Assembly: GCF_001194135.2 (NCBI RefSeq)
Contig: NC_068983.1
Location: forward strand, 72,472,833 to 72,536,832
Source of the DNA: Octopus bimaculoides
Taxonomy: Eukaryota
Length of the DNA stretch: 64,000 bases
Direction of reading: 5' to 3'
A program made the position numbers and the translations under genes. Every line of letters begins with the position of its first letter. Position 1 is the first letter of the stretch. Of the stretch, positions 24,303-35,940 are shown piece by piece. The notes beneath the pieces were generated by a model. That model was not told where the DNA came from and ran no database searches. It saw only the letters and a list, made by a program, of their open reading frames with translations.

Positions 24303-24629
24303 ATGAAGAATTTTTGAAAGATTAATTTTAATCTTTATATCAAGTATTTATAATCCACCTTACATTGTATCTTTTTCACATTGTATCTTTTTTAAACAGT
24401 TTTGCATCATTTTTGCCTGCTTTAGTAGATTTACATTAGTTTATATATATATATATATATGAGTAGTATTTACTTTTGTCTTTAATTTGCCATTTTAGTA
24501 CTATTCACAAATTTGAAAACATGAGAATATTTTAATAATCATATAATTACTTAAAATATAATGAAAACAGACACTTCAAAATAAGAACTTTTGAGAAGAG
24601 TGTAAAATTTCTGTCCTCCATGTTTCTCC

Positions 24630-24922
24630 ATTCACTCCTAGCGAGACCGTTGCCAGTGCCGCTGGACTGGCTCCTGTGCTGGTGGCACGTAAAATACACC
24701 ATTTTGAGCATGGCTGTTGCCAGTACCGCCTGACTGGCCTTCATGCTGGTGGCACGTAAAAGCACCCACTACACTCTTGGAGTGGTTGGCGTTAGGAAGG
24801 ACATCCAGCTGTAGAAACTCTGCCAAATCAAATTGGAGCTTGGTGTAGCCATCTGGTTCGCCAGTCCTCAGTCAAATCGTCCAACCCATGCTAGCATGGA
24901 AGGTGGACGTTAAACGATGATG
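24630..24922 (+). mobile_element. Young RTE 3'-UTR-derived short element
   Basis: Ends ccaacccatgctagcatggaaggtggacgttaaacgatgatg. Reverse complement of 28563-28860. Confidence 0.9.
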
Positions 24923-27900
24923 AACGATTAGTCCATTCTCTGTTACTCATGCGCTCTGTTACTACATATGCTGCTGTATAAAGGTTAAAAGCATTGAACT
25001 ATTGCATTCAAAATGAAAGCTTTAGTTTTAAAAATAGCCTAGGATTAAGGCCCATTGTAGGAAAAGCACTGAATGAAAATACTTGAGATATGGAACAGTC
25101 AAAACATGAGATTCCTGAACCTGAAACTTTGATATCAACTCATCTTCATGTTTATCAACAACATGAGTCCACAATATAGAAGGATGAAAAGAAAAGGAAG
25201 AGAAGAAATGAAAAAGAAGACAATGAAGACAAGCAGAAGTATAAAAGGTGATAAAACTATTGTTGTCACCAAGAACAGCATCAAGGAACAAATTAATTGG
25301 AGCAGGGTTGTTATGTGCACTCATTCAACCTGCTTGAGATAGCAGTTGAAATCTCCATATAATATATCCTATCATCTTAAAATGAAAAAGAAGGAAAAGG
25401 CATATTTCACTAGAGTCCCAGATACTAGTAAAAGACATGATCATAGGTAGAATGCCTTCGATAACAGGTCTACTTAATTAGAGCTTACTTGGGACAAAAC
25501 AATAGCAACATAATAAAATCATTTTATGCCATAATACAGAGTCAGTTACAGGTAGTTTAGTTTGCATGCAACTTCCACCTACACATATAGAATGTCGAAC
25601 TTTTGGGATACAGTGTATTTCAGATCACATTTTCCAAAGTAAGCTGCTCTTTTAAGATGTTATGTAGTGATTTCTGGGGGAATTAGCAGCTTTTTGTAGC
25701 TACAACGGTTCCCCTGTCAGTTCATACATGTACATTTACTTAGCTTCTGATACAAAATTTTAAAAAAACAGTGAAATATTAACATCTCACAAAAAAAAAA
25801 AATAGCAGAAAAAAATGAAGTTAACAGTCAGGAAAAATGTTTACAAAAAAAGCACTTGGATTTTTGCTATGATTAGCTAGATCACTTATGTCAGTACACC
25901 ACCAAATCCTAGTTTCTGATAAAGGTTTGAGTGTATTGTGGTAAGGTCTCTTTTGTAATTAATAACAAATTCTTTTTTTTTTTTCTCAATTCAATTCAGT
26001 GAAATTCAATTCAATTTCTTGTCATTATATTTACAGCAAAGTTTTCTTTATAATCTTTGCCTGTTTTACTACTTGAAATTCATTACATTAATGTTTACAA
26101 TTTCAAATATTTTTGACAAGCATGCTTTCATGACTTGGAGTCTGGTAAATATGGTGTCATTCATCAACATCTAATTTTAAATTATAATCCATCCTTAATG
26201 CACAGTCTTAATACATTCAACATTTGGCTGATAGAGAAATACAGCGTGGCATGTTAACTTTATTCTGTGTTTCAAAAAGGAGAGGTGAAAAGAAAATATG
26301 AAAGACAAAAAAAATGTGTTTAAACGTGTGTTTGTGTTACTATGTGTATGAGTGCATGAGAAAAGAGAAATGAGCAGGGAAAAAGGGAGAAAAAAAAAAA
26401 AATTAAAAAAAGAAATAATAACAAAAAAGAAAACTGCTGCAGTATCTGTTGAAACATTTGGGAAAAGAATCATGGAAGTTATCTAGAAGTTATTACTATG
26501 CATATCTTATTCTCTGCTGCAAATACAATTGCTAATGTTCACTCAAAGTCAGCCTTGTTTTGATATTTTTAAGAATAACAATTTGATAAGATTTTACAAC
26601 CAGATCTTATAATATCTTGCTAGTTTCTGTATATGTGAGACATTGATATGTGTTAGATTCTAACCAAATAAAGCGGATTAATGTTTTTGCATTTGTTGCC
26701 CACAGATAATAAGGAATTAAAGTAATAGAACTGGATATTTTCAATCTAAACACATGCAGTTTGTCTTTATTTGCACATGTCCACACAAGCATGTGCACAT
26801 GCACATGTGTGTACACACACACATCAAATGGAGATGCCAACACAATATTTGAGATTAAATTTGTAAACAGTTGTTATAACAATATGATTAAACATATTTA
26901 TCATCCCTGGGAATGTGTGTGTGTGTGCGCACGCGTGCTCATGTGCACAAGCACATAAATGCAGATGAATGAAATATATGTTATTCAAACCAAAAAACTT
27001 CACGAAATATTTCCCTATTTTCATGTTTCTGGTCTTGAAACAAAAATTGGGTAAATCAGCCAGACTCTGAAAACTGATCTGCCCAAAATTCACAATAAGT
27101 TTTCTGTGGTGTTTTGTACAACTTTTTTAAAGTTAAGGAGCTTGCATTATACCACAATAATTTAAGGCTATCACATGATAACAAACTAAATTCATTATAT
27201 AATTTTTTTATATCATAAATTTCACTTTGCAGTTGGAAGATTTATAAGGAACTAATAGCATGTGCATGTAACATTTCTGGGCAGAATTCTTTAGTTTAGA
27301 CTGCTTTAGTTCAACTAACTGTTGATTATTATTTGTAGAAAGAAAGTATTCCATCAAGGTGAAATTTATCCATCATCTTTTCATTAATGCCATGGAATCA
27401 AAAATTACACATCAACTTTTAAAGCAGTTGTGAGGCTTAGAATGCAATTACATTCACAATTTAAAATTATCACATTCCAGCTGCTTTTAGTAACAATAAT
27501 AGTCACAACTATTCCAATAATCTTTCACTTATTGTCATAAAAGCAATGCTTATTTACAGGCTTGGTCAAATCAATTACCATTGAAGACTGAAGAGTGAAT
27601 CAATTTGAAAAGATGTTAACTGCATTATTCTGTATCCATGCTTCTTGGGTTGACACAGTTGACAGTACTTGTTGAGACTTGTAATGTCACCTTATTAAAA
27701 TCTAAATATCTGAGATGAGTTATTAATATGCTTATAATTTTTCAGACAATTGATCTCATCTATAGATATGAAATATTATATATTAGCTTTGATCTCCAAT
27801 CATCAGTATGTTTTATTCATAGATATGTACACAGTACCAAACTGAATCAAACTAGGAGCCTTTATCTATAAATGAATGATAGGTATTATGTATATATCCA

Positions 27901-28562
27901 GGAATAAGACATTTGTTGATGGCTTTAGAGCAAACCAATCAAAATATAGGTTAGCTGTAAAAATTGATTTCTTACACAGCCACAAGGCTAAACAAAATTT
28001 GCGGTTGATTAAGATTCTTTTATCAGTAACTGATGGATGAAAGGCAAATCTGATTTCAGCAGAATTTGAACTCAAAAAAGAAGGGTTATAATTAAATACT
28101 TTAAAGATGAACTTAATATTCCAAAAAAGGATAAATGTTAAAATAAAATGTTTCTGTTTAACAAAGACCAACTAAATTTAAGGAATACATGGAGAGAAAA
28201 TAATAAATGTTATTGCCATGAATGTGACACGGGTGAATCGAGAGTTTTAACTTGGGATTGAAACTGGATTATCATTTCAATTCACCAAGAGCATATCACT
28301 ACATCACAGTACTTGTCACAAAACTGGATAATCTATATATGAATATAAAATTAATGAGAACTGCATCTCTAAGTAAATGACCCAAGTTTAAAAAAGCATA
28401 AAATCAAGTCTACATTTATTTGAGTGGTGTTATGTGATAATTACTAATCAGCTCAACTCTAGTTAAGGCACACTTTTTGCTTTGAACAATAATTTTTATT
28501 TACATAGATATAGATCACCATAATTTGGAGAGAAGGAAAAACTAAATGTTCTCGTTATCCAT

Positions 28563-28890
28563 ATCATCATCATCATCGTTTAACGTCCGCCTTCCATGCT
28601 AGCATGGGTTGGACAATTTGACTGAGGACTGGTGAACCAGATGGCTACACCAGGCTCCAATCTGATTTGGCAGAGTTTCTACAGCTGGATGCCCTTCCTA
28701 ACGCCAACCACTCTGAGAGTGTAGTGGGTGCTTTTACGTGCCACTGGCATGAAGGCCAGCCATGTGGTACTGGCAACGGCCATGATTAAAATGGTGTATT
28801 TTACGTGCCACCTGCACAAGGGCCAGTCCATCGGTACTGGCAACGAACTTGCTCGAATGTCTTTTTACATGCCACTGGCACAAGTGCCAG
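28563..28890 (-). mobile_element. Young RTE 3'-UTR-derived short element
   Basis: (tca)n tail, then gtttaacgtccgccttccatgctagcatgggttggac. Same family as 5183-5520 and 24630-24922. Confidence 0.9.
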
Positions 28891-29129
28891 GAAGGCGACA
28901 AAAAAAACTAACAATTTAAGTAAAACTGTTAACATCCTATTTCCCCAAAATGCTATAAATACAACTAATGAAATATTGATGATTTAAGTCTTACAATACA
29001 AAACTTTTTGAAACATTATCAGACTGCTGAATGCTTAATGTTTGTGTGCTCAAACAAACTGAGAAAAAAGATAGGGTATAAGAAGAATCTGATGCAATAA
29101 GCAAGTGAGGAAAATGTACTGCTACAAAG

Positions 29130-29300
29130 ATGTGATGCACGTGCCAAGTTATCCAATTAAAAGGATTATGCAAAAGAGGAAAGGCAAGGAAGATATGTAA
29201 AGTGGCGGAAGCTGATCTCAAGAGGATGAACTTCATGAAGCAGATGACAAAGGCATGCAACGAATGGTGAGATGTTATACTAGATAAAATCCATCCAGTC
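29130..29300 (+). mobile_element. Decayed RTE-type LINE C-terminus
   Basis: aagaggaaaggcaaggaagatatg...gctgatctcaagagg...atgacaaaggcatgcaacgaatgg resembles the GRPRKTW...DL...MT.DR.EWR terminus. Heavily mutated. Confidence 0.4.
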
Positions 29301-29363
29301 CAAGTACAGAAAGCCAATAGGAAAATGATGATGATGATGATGATGATGGGGAGGAGGAGGGGG

Positions 29364-29632
29364 NNNNNNNNNNNNNNNNNNNNNNNNNNNNNNNNNNNNN
29401 NNNNNNNNNNNNNNNNNNNNNNNNNNNNNNNNNNNNNNNNNNNNNNNNNNNNNNNNNNNNNNNNNNNNNNNNNNNNNNNNNNNNNNNNNNNNNNNNNNNN
29501 NNNNNNNNNNNNNNNNNNNNNNNNNNNNNNNNNNNNNNNNNNNNNNNNNNNNNNNNNNNNNNNNNNNNNNNNNNNNNNNNNNNNNNNNNNNNNNNNNNNN
29601 NNNNNNNNNNNNNNNNNNNNNNNNNNNNNNNN
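29364..29632. other. Assembly gap (269 N)
   Basis: Run of N. Confidence 1.
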
Positions 29633-29810
29633 GGGGAACGGGAGGAGGGGAACAGGAGGAGGGGAGGGGAACAGGAGGAGGGGAGGGGAACGGGAGGAGG
29701 GGAGGGGAACAGGAGGAGTGAAAGGATGAGGGGAAGAGCCTGGCAAGAGGAGGAAGGGCAGAGGATGAGGGGAAGGAGACGAGGGAAAGAGGAGGAGAAA
29801 AGGAGGATGG
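29633..29810 (+). repeat. G-rich polypurine minisatellite (ggggaacaggagga-type units)
   Basis: Repeated GGGG runs with almost no pyrimidines. A similar tract lies at 29348-29363 on the other side of the gap. Confidence 0.9.
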
Positions 29811-29869
29811 TGGCAGTAGTGATGGTGGTGGTGGCTGTGACAACAACAACACTCCTAATGATTATGATG

Positions 29870-30190
29870 ACAAATATTTTGGACAACATCTAAAAGGCCA
29901 TCAGACTAATTAACAAAGACTGTCCTACCAACTCATTACAACTGCTAATCAACAGAGATACAGTCTCACACCCCATCAATGCTATCACTACTACAAGGGT
30001 CTCTCTCTGCCCCTCCTCTGAACTAGCTACTTACATACCACTTTTACTCAAGTCCAACTTAGACACCAGTCTCCCCCTTTCTCATCAACCATAATGCATT
30101 GCTTAACTCACCATCTCCACCAATTCCATACTAACCACTTTTCCGATTGTTTCCTCTATGCTAGAACATATACTCTCTGGAATTTTCTTT
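29870..30190 (+). mobile_element. Decayed Crack/L2-group LINE C-terminus
   Basis: LDNI*KAIRLIN...SLQLL...SSELATYIP resembles LD..QRKAIRLI...LQPL...CSSELAS.IP. Confidence 0.45.
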
Positions 30191-30616
30191 TTACTCATAT
30201 TTTTCATGCAGGAGTCCATTTATAGATGTTTAAACTAAACATCAAAGTATCACTCTCACCTGTCTCAGACAGTCTAGAGTTTTCTTAACTCACCATTTCT
30301 TAGCAACCTTTGTGGAAAGTTTATTCAATACATTTATTACTCTCATGTTATACAGTGTATGGATTTTTTTTTACTTGAATGTGTTATATCAATAACAGCC
30401 AAATATTTACAATAACAGAACTTCCATTTACTTCCTATCTCACATGCTTTTTTTTTTTTTTTCATAATCAGTGGTATTTAAAACCAAATTTCTTTCACAG
30501 AAATTATTTGTTGATTAAATAACATTTATAGAATTATCTGTCACAAAATTATCCATTTTAGAACATCCAGTTAAAATCATCATCATCATTAAATGATCAG
30601 GTAGGAAATCTCTTGT

Positions 30617-31172
30617 TCACAGGTAATCACTGAAAAAATTTCCAAAAGTCAATTGGAAACTTCTTTGGATGAGATGGAATGATTTAAACATTACTTAACT
30701 AATTTCTGAGCAACATATCCTTGATAAGAATTATGTACTTTTAATGCATAAATACCTACAAGCCAGTGGTAAATTGGCAGGACTGTCAGGGAATCAGACA
30801 AAATATCTAGTGGTATTTGTACCAGCTCTTTCCATTTAGAATTCAAGATCTAGCAGAGGCAAATTTATGTTTCATCCTTCTGGAATCAATGAAATTGAAT
30901 ATCAGTCTTGGGTGGTGATTAATGAAATTGTTAGAGTATGAGTATCTTGTCCTACATTCTAACAATTCCAATTGATAAAATTTAGTAACAGTCAGTATAC
31001 TGAGGTATAGCCTTCTCTTTCTTTAGATGTCATGCCTTTGAGATTTCATTGGGTCAAAAGTGTAAGGGTGAAGAGAGTGTCTGCATCTGCTCACAAATAT
31101 GCCTGCACTTAAAACAGGAGTGAAAGTATGAAACACGCTGCTACCAAGTCACATTCAAGAGATGTTTAATCA
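30617..31172 (+). repeat. Left arm of a large inverted duplication (partner 33151-33683)
   Basis: tcacaggtaatcactgaaaaaatt...gctgctaccaagtcac...aatca is the reverse complement of 33151-33683, about 90% identical by eye. It contains a SINE (~30770-30920) plus non-SINE flanks. Confidence 0.95.
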
Positions 31173-32080
31173 ATCTAAATCATAAAATTCAGAACAAACT
31201 GGCCAGACTATCAATTAATCTGTAAAACAACACAATAATATAGTAATGTACAATACTGATGTTATAATAAGAATAACATTTAATGAATTTCTATAACATA
31301 CAGAGAGCATTCTTTTAAATATCTTACTTGATGGTGAACAATAAATGTTAAGCATTTAAACAGTAAAAAGAAAACTGTTATAAAAAGAGACTTAAAGAAA
31401 GGTTAAGTCTATACTTTATTGCTTTTCATATATACCAAATAATTATACCCTTAATGATATTCTCTATCGTAGCAAAAATATTTTTTAAAATCAGATAGAA
31501 GACAAAAATTTGCCTTCTTTTAAATTCTACAAAAAGAAAAAGAGAAACCAATTTAAAGTACATTGCATTCTGAGGTTTCTATGACTTAACCATAAACATC
31601 ATTGATCTCTTGATAAACGCTAAGTGACTAGAAAAACTGAAACACACATCAAGTGGATCACTGTATCATTTCTCTTAAGCTAAAAAGATCAGTCAGAAAG
31701 AACAGGAAACTATGTGGGGGGAACCTATAAAATAAAATGTATCTGGTTAAATAGATCAAGATGTGAATTACTTACAAATTACTGAGTCAAAGCTAATCTT
31801 AAGAGAATATTATGTAGAGGAGAAATATTTAAATTCAATGAATATGATACCGCAGTGCAGCCATCTGAGTAAATGCAGAATGAAGTACATTATGGATAAT
31901 CTTACAAACAAAACCAAAATGCATTAGCAGAATTAAATAGATAGATGATTTATATTGGAATTATGAAAGTCAAAGAATGATAAATATTGAGGTATACTAT
32001 CCTAAAGAAGAACCACCAGAATTTATATGTATATTATTAATATCTTCATTAAAAAAGTAACAGTGGTTTCTTCTTTTACT

Positions 32081-32115
<35 letters not shown>

Positions 32116-32121
32116 TAATAA

Positions 32122-32385
32122 TGTGCCCTGATGCAGTACCAACCAGTGGCTCTCATGGCTTCTGATCTTAACTAATTGTTATTATGTACATGTTTTGTCT
32201 TGGTGTAAAAGATGGACTATAATAAATATTCTGCTCCATTCCATAGATTTGCTTGTCAGTTGCTTGACCTTAATCAATTGAGCCCTTAATGGCTAATGAT
32301 ATGTGCATCTCTGATCATGAGCAGAAATAGTGGAGGAGCAACATAGCTATGTGTTGAGAGAACATTTTTGGTGTTAGAATAACTC
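32122..32385 (+). mobile_element. Non-coding repeat segment starting directly after an (AAT)n tract
   Basis: (aat)n at 32082-32121, then gtgccctgatgcagtacc...ctctcatggcttctgatcttaac...gagcagaaatagtgg. Joins directly to RLE sequence at 32386. Confidence 0.6.
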
Positions 32386-32683
32386 AGCAAAGTATCAGGA
32401 CCTAGACATTGAATTACAGAGACTATGGAAAGTGTGGGTAAAATGTATCCCAGTAGTTATAAGTGTATTGGGAACTAACCCTAAAGATTTCAACAGATGG
32501 ATAAAAAAAATTGGCATAAAACCTAATTTAGTACAGCTCCTGAAAACAGTGTTATTAGGGACAGCTAGGATACTTAGGAGGCTCTTGGCATCCAAGGCTA
32601 CTTGTTGTAGCCTGATGTTAGGAATTTTACTTTTCCAACAGTCTAATCTGTAGTGTGTATATGAAAATAATAATAATAATAAT
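32386..32683 (+). mobile_element. 3' end of an RLE-type (HERO-like) non-LTR retrotransposon with (TAA)n tail
   Basis: KYQDLDIELQRLWKVWVKCIPVVISVLGTNPKDFNRWIKKIGIKPNLVQLLKTVLLGTARILRRLL, typical of the restriction-like endonuclease C-terminus. Confidence 0.85.
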
Positions 32684-32771
32684 GGTTTCAAATTTTGCCA
32701 CAAGGGCAGCCATTTTGGAGAAGGGGGTGAGTCAATTACATCTACCCCAGTGTTCAACTGGTACTTATTTT
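32684..32771 (-). mobile_element. SINE 3' tail fragment
   Basis: ggtttcaaattttgccacaagg...accccagtgttcaactggtacttatttt. Reverse complement of the 15900-15995 type. Confidence 0.75.
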
Positions 32772-33110
32772 ATTTGCAGTCCCAAATAATGAAAAAATCA
32801 ATGTGCAAGGTATAGAAAAAATAGCAAAGTACCAGGGCTTAGCCATTGAATTACAGAGACTATGGAAAGTGCAGGTAAAATGTATCCCAGTAGGTGCACT
32901 GGGAACTATCCCTAAATATTTGAACAGATGGGTAGAGGAAATAGGCATAAAACCCAGTTTAGTACAGCTCCAGAAAACAATGTTATTAAGGACAGCTAGG
33001 ATATTTAGGAGGGTTCTTGGCATCTAAGATTACTTGTTGTAGCCCAATGTTAGGATTTTTCTTTTCTCACAGTCTAATCTGTTGTGTGTATATGAAAATA
33101 GTAATGATAA
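32772..33110 (+). mobile_element. Second RLE-type (HERO-like) 3' fragment
   Basis: FAVPNNEKINVQGIEKIAKYQGLAIELQRLWKVQVKCIPVGALGTIPKYLNRWVEEIGIKPSLVQLQKTMLLRTARIFRRVLGI*. Parallels 32386-32666. Confidence 0.85.
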
Positions 33111-33150
33111 TTTTTTCATGTTATTTGCTACTGGACCACTGTGAATCTCA

Positions 33151-33683
33151 TGATTAGCCATCTTTTGAAAGTGACTTGGTAGCAGCATGTTTCATACTTT
33201 CACTCCTGTTTTAAGTGCATGTATATTTGTGAGCAGACGCAACTTTTGACCCAATGAAATTTCAAAGGCACAACATCTAAAAGAGAAGGCTATACCTCAG
33301 TATATTGACTGCTACTAAATTTTATCAATTGGAATTGTTAGAATGTAGGACAAGATACTCATACTCTAACAATGTCATTAATCACTACCCAAGACTGGTA
33401 CTCAATTTTATTGACTCCAGAAGGATGAAACATAAATTTGCCTCTTTTAGATCTTGAATTCTAAATGGAAAGAGCTGGTACAAATACCACTAGATATTCT
33501 GTCTGATTCCCTGACAGTTTTGCCAATCTACCACTGGCTTGTAGGTATTTATGCATTAAAAGTGCATAAATCTTACCAAGAACATGTTGCTCAGAAATTA
33601 GTTAAGTAATGTTTATGTCATTCCATCTCATCCAAAGGAGTTTCCAATTGACTTTTAGAAATTTTTTCAGTGATTACCTGTGA
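33151..33683 (-). repeat. Right arm of the inverted duplication (partner 30617-31172)
   Basis: See left arm. It lacks a ~20-nt insert present near 31062-31082. Confidence 0.95.
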
Positions 33684-35649
33684 GAAAGTCTTGTCTTTGA
33701 TTTGAGCTTCTCCTCCCTGTCTGTGTCTGACATTAATTATTCTACTCCAGACTCTATCCTCAGAGCTGCAACCAGTTCTGAAAAAAGTAGTTTCTTGGAC
33801 CTACTGTTGTTGTTGCTATCTCTGCTGTTGTTTACAGCTTCCTTCCTTTCTTTTCTATTCAGTTTCTCCAGGTAGAAAGCCATTGACTGGCTTTTAATGT
33901 CATACGTTTATCAACAAGGATTTTGTTTCAGTATCTGCAATCTCATTGCTTTACTTTCTATAACCACAATGAGGTACAACTTTTAAGGTATGTGTTCTTT
34001 GAGGATCATCATAAATCTTCTCAATGAAAGTTGACCTAGGGCTAAACAACAACAACAACAAACTGACATTGCTCAATACATTTCCAATGCTAGTCAAAAA
34101 CTAAAGAAATGTGTTCTTATTTTTATATCAGATTATTAAAATAAATTATAATGATTTCTCGCATTAGTACAGCTAAATCAACTACATACCAAATTCTTTT
34201 ACTTTTTTTTATCAATGCTGGAAGGTTTGAAGTCACAATAAAGAAGAACAAAATGAAATATTCAAAGATATCTAATGTGGTGCTCTTCTGTTTCTGACAT
34301 TCTATTGCCTTAAATAATGAGAATCAAGTATAAACACACATGTACATATATGTATGATTTTTGCATTATGATATTTATTTTTAGCGTTTTATGTTTTCTT
34401 ATCTCTTTTTTTTTTTGTTACTGGAAGCTTGTATTTTACTTCACCAAGGTCTATCCCGTCAATATGTGTCCAATTATAGAATGGCATATACAGAAATAAT
34501 GTATGTGTATACATGCATGCACACATGCATGCATTGCATTTAGATTATTTTCTAATTTTGCTTGCTATTGATTATTCAAAAGGATGTAATATTTGATAGA
34601 ATGTCATCAATGGGGAAAAAGTTTAATGTATTATTCATGTACTGTTTCTGTGTTCAGAAGGTGCTAAATATTAGAATATTAATAATCTACAGTTGTTCAT
34701 ATTTTGGTGCTGTCTCAAAAGTCCGAATACAATAGTATGCTTTGTGTACTTTTTTACTGTCATGCTAAGATAGCTTGGAAGTAGAAGGTTGTCAATGAAC
34801 AAACAGAGTGAGTGAATGACAGGAGGAAAAAAATGAATTTGAGTTAAAAGATTAACTGTTTCTTTGTCACACTTTACCAGAGATACAAACATAAAACTGA
34901 ATAAGTGAACTGAAATGAAAGTAAGATTTGTAAAAAAAAAAAGAGTGCTTGGTATTTTCAATGACAGAAAATACATCTGTAGAGTAATTCATATATAGTG
35001 ACAAACATGACCACACATGCGCATGCGCACACACACACACACACACACACACACTTCCTTCTGAAAAACATTCCTTTACAAAACTATTGTCATTTTGAAT
35101 AACATGGATAAACTAATATATGATACTTGGGCATGGTAAAAAAAACTTTTCTTATTAATACCTATTATCTTATTTTTAATAACTATTCGTAACCCAAGTC
35201 ATAGTATCCAAATCATTGTTACTGCTATTATTCTCCATATCCAATTCAATCCTTATTAAATAGCTCTATAATTAAAGACAATGCAAATGTGATGATGCCA
35301 TCTTTTTTGAAAGCATATGCCTAAAACTATTTTTTAATCTGTTCTTGTTTTCTCTAGGACTGTGAGGTGTGACCTGCAAGAGGTTTGGCTGCCATTTCTA
35401 GCAAGTCAAACAACCAAGTAGATAAATATTCTTTCATTGGTGTGTATTGTTGTCATACTTCCACTATTTCTGTTATCAAAATCAACAATACACTTTTCAC
35501 AAATTTTGTAAAATTCCATAAAATGTTGAGAACATCTACAATCATTTTGTTTTACTAGTTAAATAATTTTCTTAGATTCATGTGAAACACCTTATTGCAA
35601 ATATTCCTTGATCTACCCCTGCTTTGAATATCCTTAAGTATCAGCTCAT

Positions 35650-35940
35650 AATAAATACTTCAGCCATGTTCTTTTCATCTGCTTTTATCTCATGCATATA
35701 TTATCTATCTTCTTCCTTAAAAGCAACATTCCATGCTTGTATTTTCCCTCAGCTTCCTCAACATCCAGTTTTACATTTACAATTTCCGTAGATAGCATTT
35801 ATCTGCTTCCACTTCAAAATTTTGATGGATCTTTTACCTTTTGATTATTCATTTTTAGCACACCTTATTCTATATTCTCATAGCATCTATTTAAATCTTC
35901 AAATATCTCCGCAATGTGAACTATATCTGTATAAACAAGA
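35650..35940 (-). mobile_element. Very decayed LINE RT fragment
   Basis: Minus frame YTDIVHIAEIFEDLNRCYENIE*GVLKMNNQKVK resembles YADDIVL.AE..EDLQ...GLK.N..KTK. Confidence 0.35.

Noticed and set aside
27575-27690. Minus-strand open frame DITSLNKYCQLCQPKKHGYRIMQ between AG and GT
   Set aside because: Weak acceptor, no recognisable family; expected by chance at this length.
28991-29889. Long ORFs of 134-251 aa, and 50047-50706
   Set aside because: Open only because they run through N gaps and low-complexity purine repeats.
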